NCBI GenBank assembly: GCA_051362555.1
Contig: CM120641.1
Coordinates: 34,664,401 to 34,728,400 of the forward strand
DNA from: Lingula anatina
Taxonomy: Eukaryota; Animalia; Brachiopoda
DNA: 64,000 nucleotides
Reading direction: 5' to 3'
Positions 27,621 to 41,043 of the stretch are shown here, in pieces (the stretch's first letter is position 1; each line of letters starts with the position of its first letter). The notes below the pieces were generated by a model, which ran no database searches, had not been told where the DNA came from, and worked only from the letters and a program-made list of their open reading frames with translations. Position numbers and translations under genes: made by a program.

Positions 27621-30600
27621 GAGTTTAAGCAATGAGTTTAAGAAATTTTCACTTTATCTCATTCTGGCATTTCCAAAGTTTAACTCTTATCAGCCTCAAG
27701 CCTTAGGGACTATTTCCACACCCTATCACGCTAACTGTGGATCGATATATCTCCAAGGGAATTCTCGCTAAATTGCAATCAATGTAAGTGGCTTAGCTGT
27801 CTGTCACGCCTACTGAAACTGGCATGCCAGAATCCTAAGCCGCTTAAACTGAAAGCAATTTAGTGAGAAACCCCTTGGAGTTGGATTGATCCTGTTAGAT
27901 TGATCTAGGTATGGGAACTCAGTCTAATGCTTGTTACACATTTTACTTTCATCCTAATTCAATGTTATGCAGAATTAGAATTTGATGTTGGCTATGCAGT
28001 TAAAGTAAGCATAATACATTAATGCATCAAAATTGACAGTATCCTATTTCCTGCGCTTTTTTTCTGTTTTTTGTCTGTACATTTGACAGCTTTGCTGCCT
28101 TGTTTGTTTTACTCTTTTTTTTTTGTGGAGAATTGTTTACACATGTGGATCCCTTTGCCATTGTCTCCTGTTTGTCAATGTTTGCATATTGCAAATGATT
28201 TTGCATGTTTAGGTGTTTTAATTCTTCCAGTTTTCTTTGTAGAATGTTCCGTTTAGTCACAATCTTGCATGATGACAACATTTTCCCTAATTTTTATGTA
28301 GTTTGCTGTATGATTTAACAATGTCTTAACAGATTATCAGAAATGTTCACATACTAGTAGTCACCTATACATAGTCACCTATAACATAAGTCAATATATA
28401 ACATTGTACCACATTCCAGAGGGCCAGTTTCCCAAGGGGGCAGTGTATGTGGATGGAGAAAAACAGGCAGAAGATAATGCGAAACTTCCAGAGAGAAGCA
28501 AAGATCTATCAGATGGGGAATCAACCACTGTGATCAAGACCAATGCAGAGGAGGTGAGAGCAGTGAAGCCCATTTCACAAACCAGCCCTGGAACTGTGAG
28601 TAGTTTGTCTTTTGACATTTGATGCATCAAAATTTGTTGTTTTTTTATTATTTTTTGTGTAATCATACATTGCCAATGCTTAATTATTATTTGTAATTAA
28701 AGCCACTAATTACAAACCAGTGTCTGTGTGGAATTATTACTATACATTTATATATCTTTAATGAGTGTTGTCAACTGTTTTGCATAAACCTTTGGCTCCT
28801 TAATTATTTTTTTACATAACTGTCATTAAATATTGATTTCTTATGTTATTTCTTATAGACTGGGGATGAAGAAAAAACACCTGATTGGCAAAAAGATGTT
28901 TTCAAGCCACTCAGTGTTGTTGTAAAACCTAAAGGTGAGAAATATTATTGCATATTCAGATTTATTTATTGAATCACTGATTTCACATTCTTTCTTCATC
29001 ATAATGCACTTGTTGTGCATATTTCAAGGATACAGTATTCAAACTATAGCAATGATGTCTAATTTATAAACAGCAATAATGTTGTTTATTTCCTAGTCTT
29101 ATTTTTATTTCAGCTTTAAAATTCTCTTTGCAAGTTACACTTTTAATTCAGAAAATGTTTTAGTCTACCATTCTTCTTGTAGACAATCCAAATCGAATAA
29201 CTTGAAAGTTTGTCAAAAGGAGTTTTGAAAATGCATGTGTCATGCCAAAATAGGTACATCTGGTGATTAACAAAGATGAAAAGCAGGCAATTTTGTGTCT
29301 TTTATATATTTTTTATTTTAAAGATATAAAAATGAATCCAGAAATGAACATAATGGGGTGGTATAAAATGATGGTTGGCTGAAGAATGATTTAAGTGTTT
29401 TGCTTGCCGAATACTCTTTTGCATAAATAGCAGGTTACACATTAAAAAAAATATCATCAAATTTATACCTTCCAAGTTGTCATATCTCTCAAATTTGTTT
29501 TGAACTTCAAATTTTAGTGTGACTTATAACCAGAATATGCAATTCAAGACATACTTATTTTGGCAACTTACATAATTTGGCAAGACACATGTTCATGCAT
29601 GTTCGTATTTTTATTCAAGACAGTTGAAGTAACGCAGTCAACAGCATGATAAGGTCAAGCTTCTTGTGAACTCTACTCTGACAGCTGGTGACTCCATTAA
29701 ATGATATTCATTACACAGCTGAGACCAGGAAATGTTGGCCTGTATTTTTCAGAAAAGCAGTATCACTCCACATCTTCGCTAGAGCTGCAGGACAGTTCCT
29801 CACCAGGGAAGACATTTACACAGAGCAAAAAGCATAATAGTTTGGAAAGGAACAAGAAAAGGTATTGGATATAGTTTTTACTGAGAGTTATTATACTATG
29901 AAAGGATCGTGTTAGGCGTGTTTAAGATATGTTTGGACTACAAGTTTGGTCTCGAAATTTTGATCATAGAAGTTTAATATGAAATATGAATTTACAATTT
30001 TTTATTGCTCGAGATGCCTTTTTGCAGATGTACTACTTAATATATTTAGATATTAATTATAAGAAGTCGTTAAAAACTATTGAAAAATTAAGGCTAACAA
30101 ATTAGGGTTAAATCAAAGCAGTGAATTTCATTTTCATCCTACATAACATCTGGGAAAATTTAGTCATTAAAGTTATACTATGACTATATCATTCCTTTGA
30201 AATGTAAATTTGGCCTTGGACATCAGTAGATGATTCATAACTTATCAGATCTATATTTTATAACTGTATTTTAGCAACATATTTTAAGTAATCTAAATAT
30301 GCCAAATGTGATTTAAAGAAGTGAAAAAAGGTAATATTGGTTGTAAATTTTCTTGGCGGTGCATATTTTATATACTGCATAATGTTGCATGTGGAAATAA
30401 CTAAATTGCCAAAGACATCTGTCACACAGTAGTTTGGAACTGTGGCGTCCTTGAAACATATGGCACAATCTATTAAACAGGGTGGGAAGCCATCATAGCT
30501 ACAGCTGGGACGTCTAGCATATGACAGCTTTGGTAGTAGAAAGAATGAAGTATAGATTATTAATGAGTCTTATGAATATGATATTTAAGGTTATGAAAGA

Positions 30601-33600
30601 GATCCATAACAAGAGATGTGTGCACCATTCAGAAGTCAAATGTCTTTTTCAGCTAATTGCACCTAGTTTCAGAATTAATATAAAATTGATTAGATAGCCC
30701 ATTATAGAAAATGCTTTTGTTTGGTTATGGAAATTATTCAGATGGGTTAATGGATCCACAAATTAGCATGCCTAGTCCTCAGTGCCATTTGAAAGTATCA
30801 CTACCTTTTTACATTGATGTGAAATGTAACGCTTAAGTTTACTACTGTGAGACCACATGGTTCTTTTAAGAACTTAAAAGTCAGATTCCTAATATTTACT
30901 AATTTTGTGTTAGAGTTTTGATGCAGTTGCACAAGAAAAGGGTGCATAAATTTTACATTTTTTGAATTATATATAATTAATTAATGATTGTTTATGGAAA
31001 CATTGTGGTAAACTTTTTCATGTTATGTGTATACAGGACATTGAGACATGGGTCAAAATTTGATATTCCTTATTTTTGTTTTTTAAAAGGATTTAAATTA
31101 TACTTCATATTTGAGTTTTTTCTTTTTGGCATTTGGAATACATGGAACACATGCTTTTATGGATGATTTGTTTTAGAAAGTGAACTACTAACAGTGCTTT
31201 AGGTTTTTTTTCTGCAATACTGTTTTTGCATTTTGAAATTGTTAGTTATACATAATATCCAGTTATGATAAATTGATACAGATATCAGAAATTATATAGA
31301 AACTGTGAATATACAGTGAACATTCATCTTTTCAGTTCATGGTCTCCACCCAGTGCCCGTAATCGCATAGAAGTGTACAAAAATCAGCCAAGGAAAATTG
31401 AGGAGTATGAACCAGGGTTCTCCTCTATCGCATTCAGACAGGCAAAAGTGGTAAGTAAAAGAGGCAGCAATTCTGAGTTAGTTCTCAGTCAGTTGATGGG
31501 CTAGATATGAGTGCATTAAGATTAGCTGTCTGTAGCTTTCTTCAGAATGTATCTGTTTGAAACTCGATCCCTTTCCATAGCCAGAACTTGAATAGTGCTG
31601 ATTGCAATTTTGTTGCATTGCCATATGAATTTTGGAGGTAGCGCAGCATGAAATAATAATTGGAAAATTTATTTGAATATTATGTATTATTTGAAGCAAT
31701 TGAAATCATGGAAAATTTGTGTCTGAAAAAGAGGGCCCATGATGCAAATTGGTTGTTTAAGAAAAGTTTTTTTTTATTTTTAGAGTCCATATTTTTTCAA
31801 CCCTCCACCAGACCTGCCTGGACAGTTCAGTTCCTAGTGAGTTTTTAAGCTTTATAATTCAACAATACATATTTACACAATAAGCATATATAGCAAGTTC
31901 ATGTTTTATCATTTATGTTTACTCCAGATAATGAGACAGTGGAATATTTTTGTCTAAAAAGTTAACAAATAAATTTTGTTTACAAATTGATTGTAGATTT
32001 ATATTGGTTATTTGAAATCACCAAAATTTTTGCTTGACAGATACTTAAATGTGGTTTTGGGTATTTCCTTGTCTAGCACTTTGCCAGCCAGGATAAAGAT
32101 TCCTTCAGACTCTGATGGCCCAGTGTCTGCTCACAGTAGCTCCAGCTCTCCCACCTCAGAGTCCAAAGAGCTCTACAAACAGATACAGCAAGGAGGTGAA
32201 ATACCACACTTTGGACTGAGGAAAACATTACCAGAAAAGACATCAGGTACTGTGTTTTAAGACATATCTTTGCATCTGTATTTACAACTCTTCTCATTTC
32301 CTGAAAAAAGAAAAATGTTTCACAAAAAATGTTATTTTTCACATATATTTTGTTTGTTTGTTTGCATTAATTAAATAATACCAGGATGTTCCTAATATTG
32401 GACCTGGAAAGCTTTTTTACTTAGCACACATGTTCATCTTCAATGCAGAATAAATCAAATGTCATTTGTTTAAAAAGTCAGAGGGGATTTTTTTTTTTTT
32501 CTGTCTTGATATGGTGCATGGGCACAAATTTTCAAATTCTTCAACAAAGACATGTCAGCATAAAGGGGGTTTATTTTTAGAATTATTTAATAATGCAACA
32601 TTGTTTTAAAAAATGCACATGGGTGGAATGGGGTCTACAAAAAACAGCCTGCCATAAATTACTAGCATGGAGTAGCGTGGGACATGATTCTGTTGCTGAT
32701 AAATATTTGTGTAAAGAAGGCGAAACAGTGAAAGTATTTCAGCTACATGTAGTTATGTATAATTATGGGGATATATTTTGTATGGTGTCATGTGAATTCT
32801 TTTCAAAATCTTTTGGGTTACCTAGTATTTTGAAAATGGATTTAAGTACATGTGCTTGATATGCGGTGCTGAGAGTGTCAAATAGATGAATATATTTAAT
32901 ATCCTTTTTCTTAATGACAGTAACGGTATTGAAATGCACATGTCTTGTTTCTAGGAACCAAAACTTTGAAATGTAGTAAATGTCATGTTTGGCTAATATT
33001 ACATCACCCGTATCAGTGACACATCCAGTTTGTTTGGCATCATTTAAATTTTAAAACACTTTTCATAGTTTTGATCCCAGTAAATAAGCCTGATACATCC
33101 TTTACTGTGAGGAATCTGTAAATCTTTATTCTTTTCGCCATGACTGATACAAATGTGGTGGCTATTTTATATATAATTAGTTTGGAATGGAAGATTTTTT
33201 GTGATTTTAAAAATTTGCACACTGTTGTGCATGCTTTATTTCATTGCTTGATTTTATATAAAAAATTATAACACTATCAAATATGTATATTTTAGGTAAA
33301 TGGCAGTTGTCTAGTGTGTTAAAAATCTTAATTTTGATATGGAATTACAGTATTTAGCCTCTATTTCTATATTTGCATTTATCTTTATTTGAGGTGATCC
33401 CAGCTGAGCTGGTTATTAAGGTTATACATTGTTTGCTTGGTCATTTTCGACATGGTGTTTCTATACAGTATGTTGGTTGCAGGGTTGATTGTTTATTATA
33501 GTTTCAGAGCAGAAGAAGAAATCAGTTTAATTTGATTACAATTACATTTCAGATTTTCATTTTTTCATTGCAGCAATTTTCAAGAGTCTTGCTGACTGGG

Positions 33601-36600
33601 ACCCTTGCTTTTCAGTCCATACATGCATATATGCTTCATAACAGTAACAAGGATAATAACACAATCAAATCAGTTGACACATAAACACTGCACATTGTAA
33701 ATACGTTCAACAATATCAGAACTAAGGGCAGAAAGCAAAAAGGGAATGTGTAAGTTTGTAAAATTATTTTGCATAAAAATATCAGGCAGAAAGTAATATC
33801 AAGTTATAAAGCAAGACAAATAAATAATAACATCAACGTGCACATGGCTTCAGAAGACTCTCCTCAAAGAAAAAGAATGAAAAAGTTCTGGTACAGAAAA
33901 CCTGAGATCCCTGAACTGTGGGAAAAGGTGGTAGCTAGCTACTTTGACCACAATCCTGAATGTGATATGGATATTTACCCTGACCATGTTCGTGCCAATG
34001 ACCAGTTCCTCGTTCATGGTGGTGATGGTCAGTACCCTGGTCATGAAGGTGTCAGTGACCAGCACTCTGTCCATATTGGTTTCAGTGACCAGGATCCTAA
34101 CCATGTGGGTGACCAATACATTAATCATGTAGGTGAGCAGTACCCTGTCCATGTTGGTCATCATGACCAGCATCCTATTCATGCAGGTGACCAATACCTT
34201 TTCCATGCAGGTGACCAATATATTTTTCATACAGGTGACCAGTACCCGGTCAATGTTGGTGATAGTGACCAGCATTCTGCCTCTGCAGGTGACCAATTCT
34301 TTGTCCATGCAGGTGACCAACACCTTATCCATGCTGGTGATAATGACCTGCACCCAGTACATACTAGTAATAGTGACCAGTGCCCTGTCCATATAGATGT
34401 CAGTGGCCAGTATCCTGTCCATATGGGTAGTAGTGGCCAGTTCCCTGTTCATGTATATGGCAGTGACCATCAAGTTGGTCAAGATCTTGGTCAAGCCATT
34501 GGACAATCAGGGGGATGCTCTAGGTTATACAGAGCAAACCATAATCATGCTGCACATTTAGATATTAGAGATCAAGGCTTGAATAGCAGTAACAACAATC
34601 CAGATTTCCTCATAACTGGAAATTGTCAAGATGTTTATGTGAATAATTATGATAGGAATTCAGCCCAAACAAAAGGAGATTCTGGTAATCGAATAACAAA
34701 CACAAACCAGATTGCATTGGATCATTTGAGTGAAATTGATCTGAGGCATCTTCCAGAAATTGATCGCTGTGTATCAACCAAAAATTATGTCCTTGGTCAT
34801 CCAGTTGGGGACATGGCGGGCGACTCTGTGTCGCCACCTCCTACACCAGCTCAGTCATTTGACAACCTTTTCAATGAAGGTGACAACAGCCTTTCAGATG
34901 AAAAAATACTGGACATCTTTTGGGATAGTGAAGCTAAGTTAAGAGAGAGGCTGCCTTTTGCTTACTCGTATGTAGAAAAACCCACAAAAAGTGTAAAAGA
35001 GAAAATCCAGCAGTTACATCACGAGGATATTGAATCTGTAGGAGACATTTTTGGTATGTCTCAGTCAGATATAAATGATCATGGAGCAAAAGGAGAAATA
35101 GAATTGTCTGATTTAACAAGGGAATTGCGTCACACAAAAAGTGATAATAATATTAGTACTTTGGATGATTTTGATCAGAGAGATAGTTCAAAAAATCGTT
35201 CTCAGTCCAGTAACTGCCAAAGTAACAATACTACAGAAAGGGTTGAACAAAAGAGCAAATCTAGAGTAAAGAAAGTAAGAGTCAGGAGACATGATTCTTT
35301 AGTTTGTTCAAGGTCTGAACCAGATATCTCAAAGCTTGGCAAAAAAACGCCTTTTCCCAACATATTTCCGCATTCTATTTTGAAAAACAGCAAACATCCC
35401 AAACCTAGCCAGCACCCTACTAGCACAAATGACAGCATCTTGTGTAAAGAAAATATGGCCTATAAATCAGATTCAGATGCGGCTTCCATCTGCCCACCTA
35501 TAGAATCTTCTACCAACATTCCATATTTTGCCAAGAATGTGAAACTGGGCTCTCTCTCCAGTGGGCATGGCAGTAATGAATTACTTCATAGTAACATCCT
35601 AAATGCAGAAACCCAATTAGTGAATGATTCAGAACCAGAGGATAGTTCTTCACCAAGAACCCGCGATATAATTGGCACTGATGGTTTTCTATCACAAGTA
35701 AGTGGGGCTGATGTTGTAGAAAGGCCAAAGGTGTATGATCTTGGAACATCAATAAGAAGTCAGGATTCTGAATGTGAGGCTCATAAAAAATTGAGCACAG
35801 AACATGTAAAACGAAAATACATTGCCAGAGCTTGTTTCAATGGTAACACTGCTGCAAACAGTCAGTCAGACTGCAGTGAAAGGTCCTCGCGACTGGATCC
35901 CCACACCTACCAGTCATATGCAGCTGGTATTTTGAATTCGTGCCGTCCGTCTGAGGACTTCCTGCAGCTACAGAAGCACTATTCTATCCTGGAGCGCATT
36001 GCAGAGATAGAGGGTCTCACAGTTCATAGCAACAATCTTTTAGGTAAAGGCTATCTGAATAGAGTGAGTCTACTGAAAAGGTTTGATTTAGATAGGGGAA
36101 CCTTTGATTTAGATGACATCCTGCTGTTTAAATATAAAAGGGAGGTTCTCACAGAGTTAGAAGATATGCATATGGAATTACAGGAAGCCCAGGCAAAAAA
36201 GCAGTTCTTTTTTTATGACAAGAAATTACCCAAACTTCAGTGGAGTCCGACAAGAGAGAAGTGTTTGAGAGAGAAGCAGAAATCATTAAGTGATCTCAGG
36301 TATATTTATCAGAACTCAGCAGGTAAGGATAATCTCAATACTCCCCTGCGTAGAGGGGCAATTTACAAAAGAACCATGCCAGATTTTAACAGGAATTCTT
36401 CATTTCTTGACCTGTATGCCAAATATAAAACACTTGGCAATGAAGCCAAGCAGAAAAATTTCACTGGATGTATTAAGGGTAGAAAAAGTTATGCTGCCCA
36501 CTCCAAGGGCTCTCCTCGCTTAGGTCCATATATGGAGATACTAGAGAGGACTAGGAAAGCAAAGCATGGGCCAGTGCTGTATGGAACACACATAAATGAT

Positions 36601-39600
36601 CAATTTAATCGGTACGAAATTTATGTGTCTAATTTAAAGAAGGTGTCCAGGTCATGCCCAGATTTAAAAGCAAAATTAAAGGGTAGCTGGTGCTCTGCAG
36701 CAGAAAGAGGTACAGGTACCTCAAAACAGTTCAATGCAAGTAGTGCATTGAGATCAAATGTTCCGTCTGTATTACAGCAAACCCCAGCAGCTCAGGTAAA
36801 AGCTGGAGAAAGCATTTTAAAAAACGGGATTGACAGCTGTGTTCCAGTAAGGGTCAGGTTAGAGGAATCAGCATACAGGCAGCAAGCAAATGTATTTCCC
36901 AATGAAAATAGCTGCAGGAATAAAAAAAAATTCTTCCCAAGTGAATCTAGTTTTAAAAAGTGTAACTTATCTGATAGAAATCAGTCAGAATTTGATCAAA
37001 ATATCCATGCACATTCGGAGTTTGAACACTTAGCAACAAGTAAAATCCCTGATGCTTCTCAAAATTTTGATGGGCAAATTGTACCAGTTCAAAAAGAAAG
37101 AGATACCCATTCACCATTAGAAAAGCCACAAATCTCTTGTCAGAAGGTTAAAGGTTGTTATGATGATAAAAGTCGAAGTCCATTTTTGACAAGCAAAAAT
37201 ACTGGTCGTTTACCAAAAACCTTTGAAGTGTTTAGAGATAATGATGACAGATCTGAGAATATGAGGAATAGAAATAGTGATGTATATTGTATGTCTCTAG
37301 GCTGCAAGCATCTCAGATGTCCAGCTGCCAGTGCTAATAACCTCACACTCTCACCTGGAAGCCTTAATCCTTCAACAAATGATAAATATACTATGGGAGC
37401 TGGGGAGGGCAGCTTTGAAAATTACACAAACAGAGATGTAGGAGGCCATTTTGATAATAACCCTACTGGCAATGAACGATCAATATGTGACAATCAGTTA
37501 AAGGTCGAACTTAGGAGAAATCATCTCCCTGAAAATGAAAGTGACTTTAACCCCAGTGAACGCAAACAATTAGCATTGCATACATTATATAAAGATGAAA
37601 TAAGAAAAGGGGAACTGACTATTCTTGGGGCACATCTCAGTAGAAACCCAGTACCAGGAATAAGGCCCACTGACATTTACCCACAGAGAAGCAGGCCATG
37701 CCATGTTGAAGAGAGGAACAGTTTTGATGGATATGGTAAAGGAGAGGAGATAACCAACTTGGCAAGCTTAAAGTTCAAAGATTCACTGCCTTTGATAGAC
37801 ACACATAGAAATGCAGTTTCTTTGACAAGAGATATGGGGCAAAAATATGAAATCAGTTTGGTGGGTTCTAGCTATATAGGTAAAGGCAATGAAGGTAGGG
37901 CAGAGAGTGTAAACAATTTACACAGCGGGGCTCATGTTTCCAGTCCGAGCAGGTTGAGTTCAAGACAACCAGGTATCCTAGATACCTCTACTCATATTAA
38001 ACAGCTTGAATGCTCAGGTAGGAAAAATGCCGTGTTTGAAAAAGCTGTGCAGGAAGAAATTGTAAATAGAGGCTTACTTAAAAATAGGCAGCCTTCCCCA
38101 AGCCTTTTGGCTGAAGAGCCAAAGCCAGATAGGAATGTCTTGGGCAGTTCACATTTAGAGGGTAAGGACCAACAAGATTCAGTCAGTAGAGACAAGAGAA
38201 ATGTTCCTTCCTCACAGACTTCAGGTGTGGCAATTGGTAGCTCAATGCCCAACTTACTGGAGTACAGAAAGGCACTGTGGAGTCAATCTTTACTGCAGGC
38301 CTCATCTTCTCTGTCTGGAAATTTATGTAAGTCGAGTGAAAATTGTTTTGCAAAAAGTCCAGCAAGGTCCAGCAGCCATCCACCAAAAAGCTTTAGTTTT
38401 TCACAGCTCATGTTAGCCGATGATAACTTTGCTGTGAAGCAGGGCAGTGGTGAGAAGCAAGGAAATTTTCATGCTCCTTTACGATCCCAGCAATATAGTT
38501 GTGAAAGTTTAGAAAATATTGTTGTCAAAAATGGTGAGGTTCCTGCCATAACTACTACACCATTGGGTTTGTTTGGTCAAGGAAAAGAAGGGTACTCTAG
38601 CTCACCATCAAATCACGATTACAATTATGCTGAAAGCACCTCTCCATTTGGTAAGAATGTGATTCCAACAACATCAAGTCTCCCAGATAATGATTGCAAG
38701 AAAGTTGCACATGCAGGCAAAAGTGCAAAAAGTGGTTTATGTGAGGTCCAGAAAACCCCATGTCATACAGAGTCACTAGATGTAGATTTTCTAAAGAACG
38801 CACAAAAGTCACAAGATCAAGATTTTTCAGATGGGCCATTAAAACATGCCTCTAATGAAAAATACCCTGGCTCATGTGTGAGTGAGATTGTTGGTACTGG
38901 TGCTGCCACCTGTCTTGACTCTGTCCACAAGATGGAAGATGCCAACAGTGCCACTGACAAAAAACTACAATCTGTTGTCAGGGGAACTGTTAGCGGAGGG
39001 TTAAAATATCACCCAATGAATGGGGCTGTCTCCTCCCTTTCAGTTGACCAACTAAATGACTCTAGAGGATTTGGGGTTCAGAACGAGTCAGTAGTTTTAA
39101 AGAAGGCTTCTTCAGTTGATCTGGGCACAGCAAAAAACAGATGCGGAACTGTTGATTTCATGCCTAAAACTGTGAACAAATTGTACGAGATTGAGACAAA
39201 CAAACGGGGTGGAAAGAGTGGGAAAAGGGTCAATCCAATAGTCGCATCAGTGAGGGCTCACAGAACTCAGTGCCGACTGGTCCCTGATTCCTCAGTGTGC
39301 CACAACTCTGCCCAGAAACCACCTCCCTATCAAGACCTCATTGGTAGAAATAAAGGGGGAAGGGGCAATAGTCAAAACAAAATGCCAGATGACTCATTAG
39401 GTGTTAGTGATGCACTTCATGCAAACATTACCCAACATGAACAAAGCAATCCAAATACATTTACAATGCTCAACAAATACATACATGATATAAAGCAAGA
39501 TGTGTCCCCATGGAAAGGAGAAAAAGGTTAATTATTATCTGTAATATTATTATATTTAAGTGGGTCTTGAGATGCCAGTTTATATACATATATACATACA

Positions 39601-40985
39601 CATTTATCTATTTATTGAATTGGTGGTTGTGGTTAAGTTTCTACAGTTATTCTTGTCAAGGTAGTCTTAATATTATTAATTGTATAGTTTTATTAGGTTT
39701 TTCTGTGCTTTGAACATATTATATGAATATATACCTGCGTAGCATATGAGAATGACATCTTTAACTTATAGCTGATCCTTATCTTGGTTTTCTGGTAAGA
39801 TTTGATTATTTCAAAGGGTGGCTGGGTTAATTTACTTTTCAGAGCTATAGATTTTAATTTGCATTATTGTCACCATAGTACAAGTTAGAATATGACAAGA
39901 AAGTTATCATAATTACACAAATTTCATTCACCCATCTTTTTGAAAATATAGGAAAAGGTTTTTTTTTTTTGTAAATCAAAAAAGTTTGTGTACCCTTTTA
40001 TGAAAACTTTGGCCTGGCAATGATATTTATATTATAAATACTTTTGATATGGTAATTCAGCTGTAGGCCAAAGCTGTTTGTAGACTGTTTTAAGAAATTC
40101 ATCAAAATGTCATATTTTGAAGGGTATGTAATGTTGTCATAATATATTTATTTCTTATGAAGAAGAATGGGGTTTATGCTTAGAACTTGCATTATATGCA
40201 TGTATTTGAATTTAGCTATGTTCATAATAGTGTCTTTCTGTCCAATATATGTGTTACATAATGTGACATTAAAATTCTAAACTTTTCCAAAAGAAAAGGG
40301 ACAATCATTACAATTAAAGAACTTTTATTTTATCTGTCCCTAACTTTCCTTTTGCTTATAATTATTTACTAACTGGGGAACTTGAATTTATTTATGTCTG
40401 GTGTGTCACAACAAACCATCTCTACTTGACCTGGTATCCAGGAATAGTTGCTTGGATATATTTTTCTGATCATGCATTGCTCCTCCTTCTGTCATATATA
40501 AGGTGCTGGTGAAATTGTTCAGTTTCCTAGATATTTTGTCATGTAAATCATATACCAATGTGCTTGAAGTATTAAAGTTATTATACATAGTATAATGAAT
40601 ATAAACAAGGTAATGAATGTCAGTCAGTCACATTAAAGGTGCTGGAGAAATAGGTCAGTTTCCTAGATATTTTGTCAGTTAAATCATAGCCCAGTATGTT
40701 TGAAGGATTAATGTTATTAAACATGGTAAATGTTTAAAAAACCGTGTTAAGAACTTCGTTGTTATTAAAACGACTTAACAATGCTGAAGAAACTTGTATG
40801 TTGGTGTATGATAATACATATGTGATGATGTACCACTGCCTTCTAGATGCAGAGTCTCCCCACAATAAAAGGCCGTCACCTGAGTCTTCACCCCCAGCAC
40901 CTGCACAGCGCAGTCCGCACGGCTCCTGGGATAGACGGAGAAGGGATGAGGCTGACGAAAGACGGAGAATTCGTGTAGTATGTAA

Positions 40986-41043
<58 letters not shown>

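Noticed and set aside
33850-34506. 218-aa antisense ORF (MDRVLVT repeats) and the shifted-frame ORFs 33944-34396
   Set aside because: By-products of the stop-poor coding minisatellite; they end where the repeat ends.
33769-39531. Long ORF as a retrotransposon or endogenous viral gene
   Set aside because: No recognisable RT, integrase, gag or capsid motifs, no LTR/TIR/TSD, and it ends on a phase-matched donor of the host gene.
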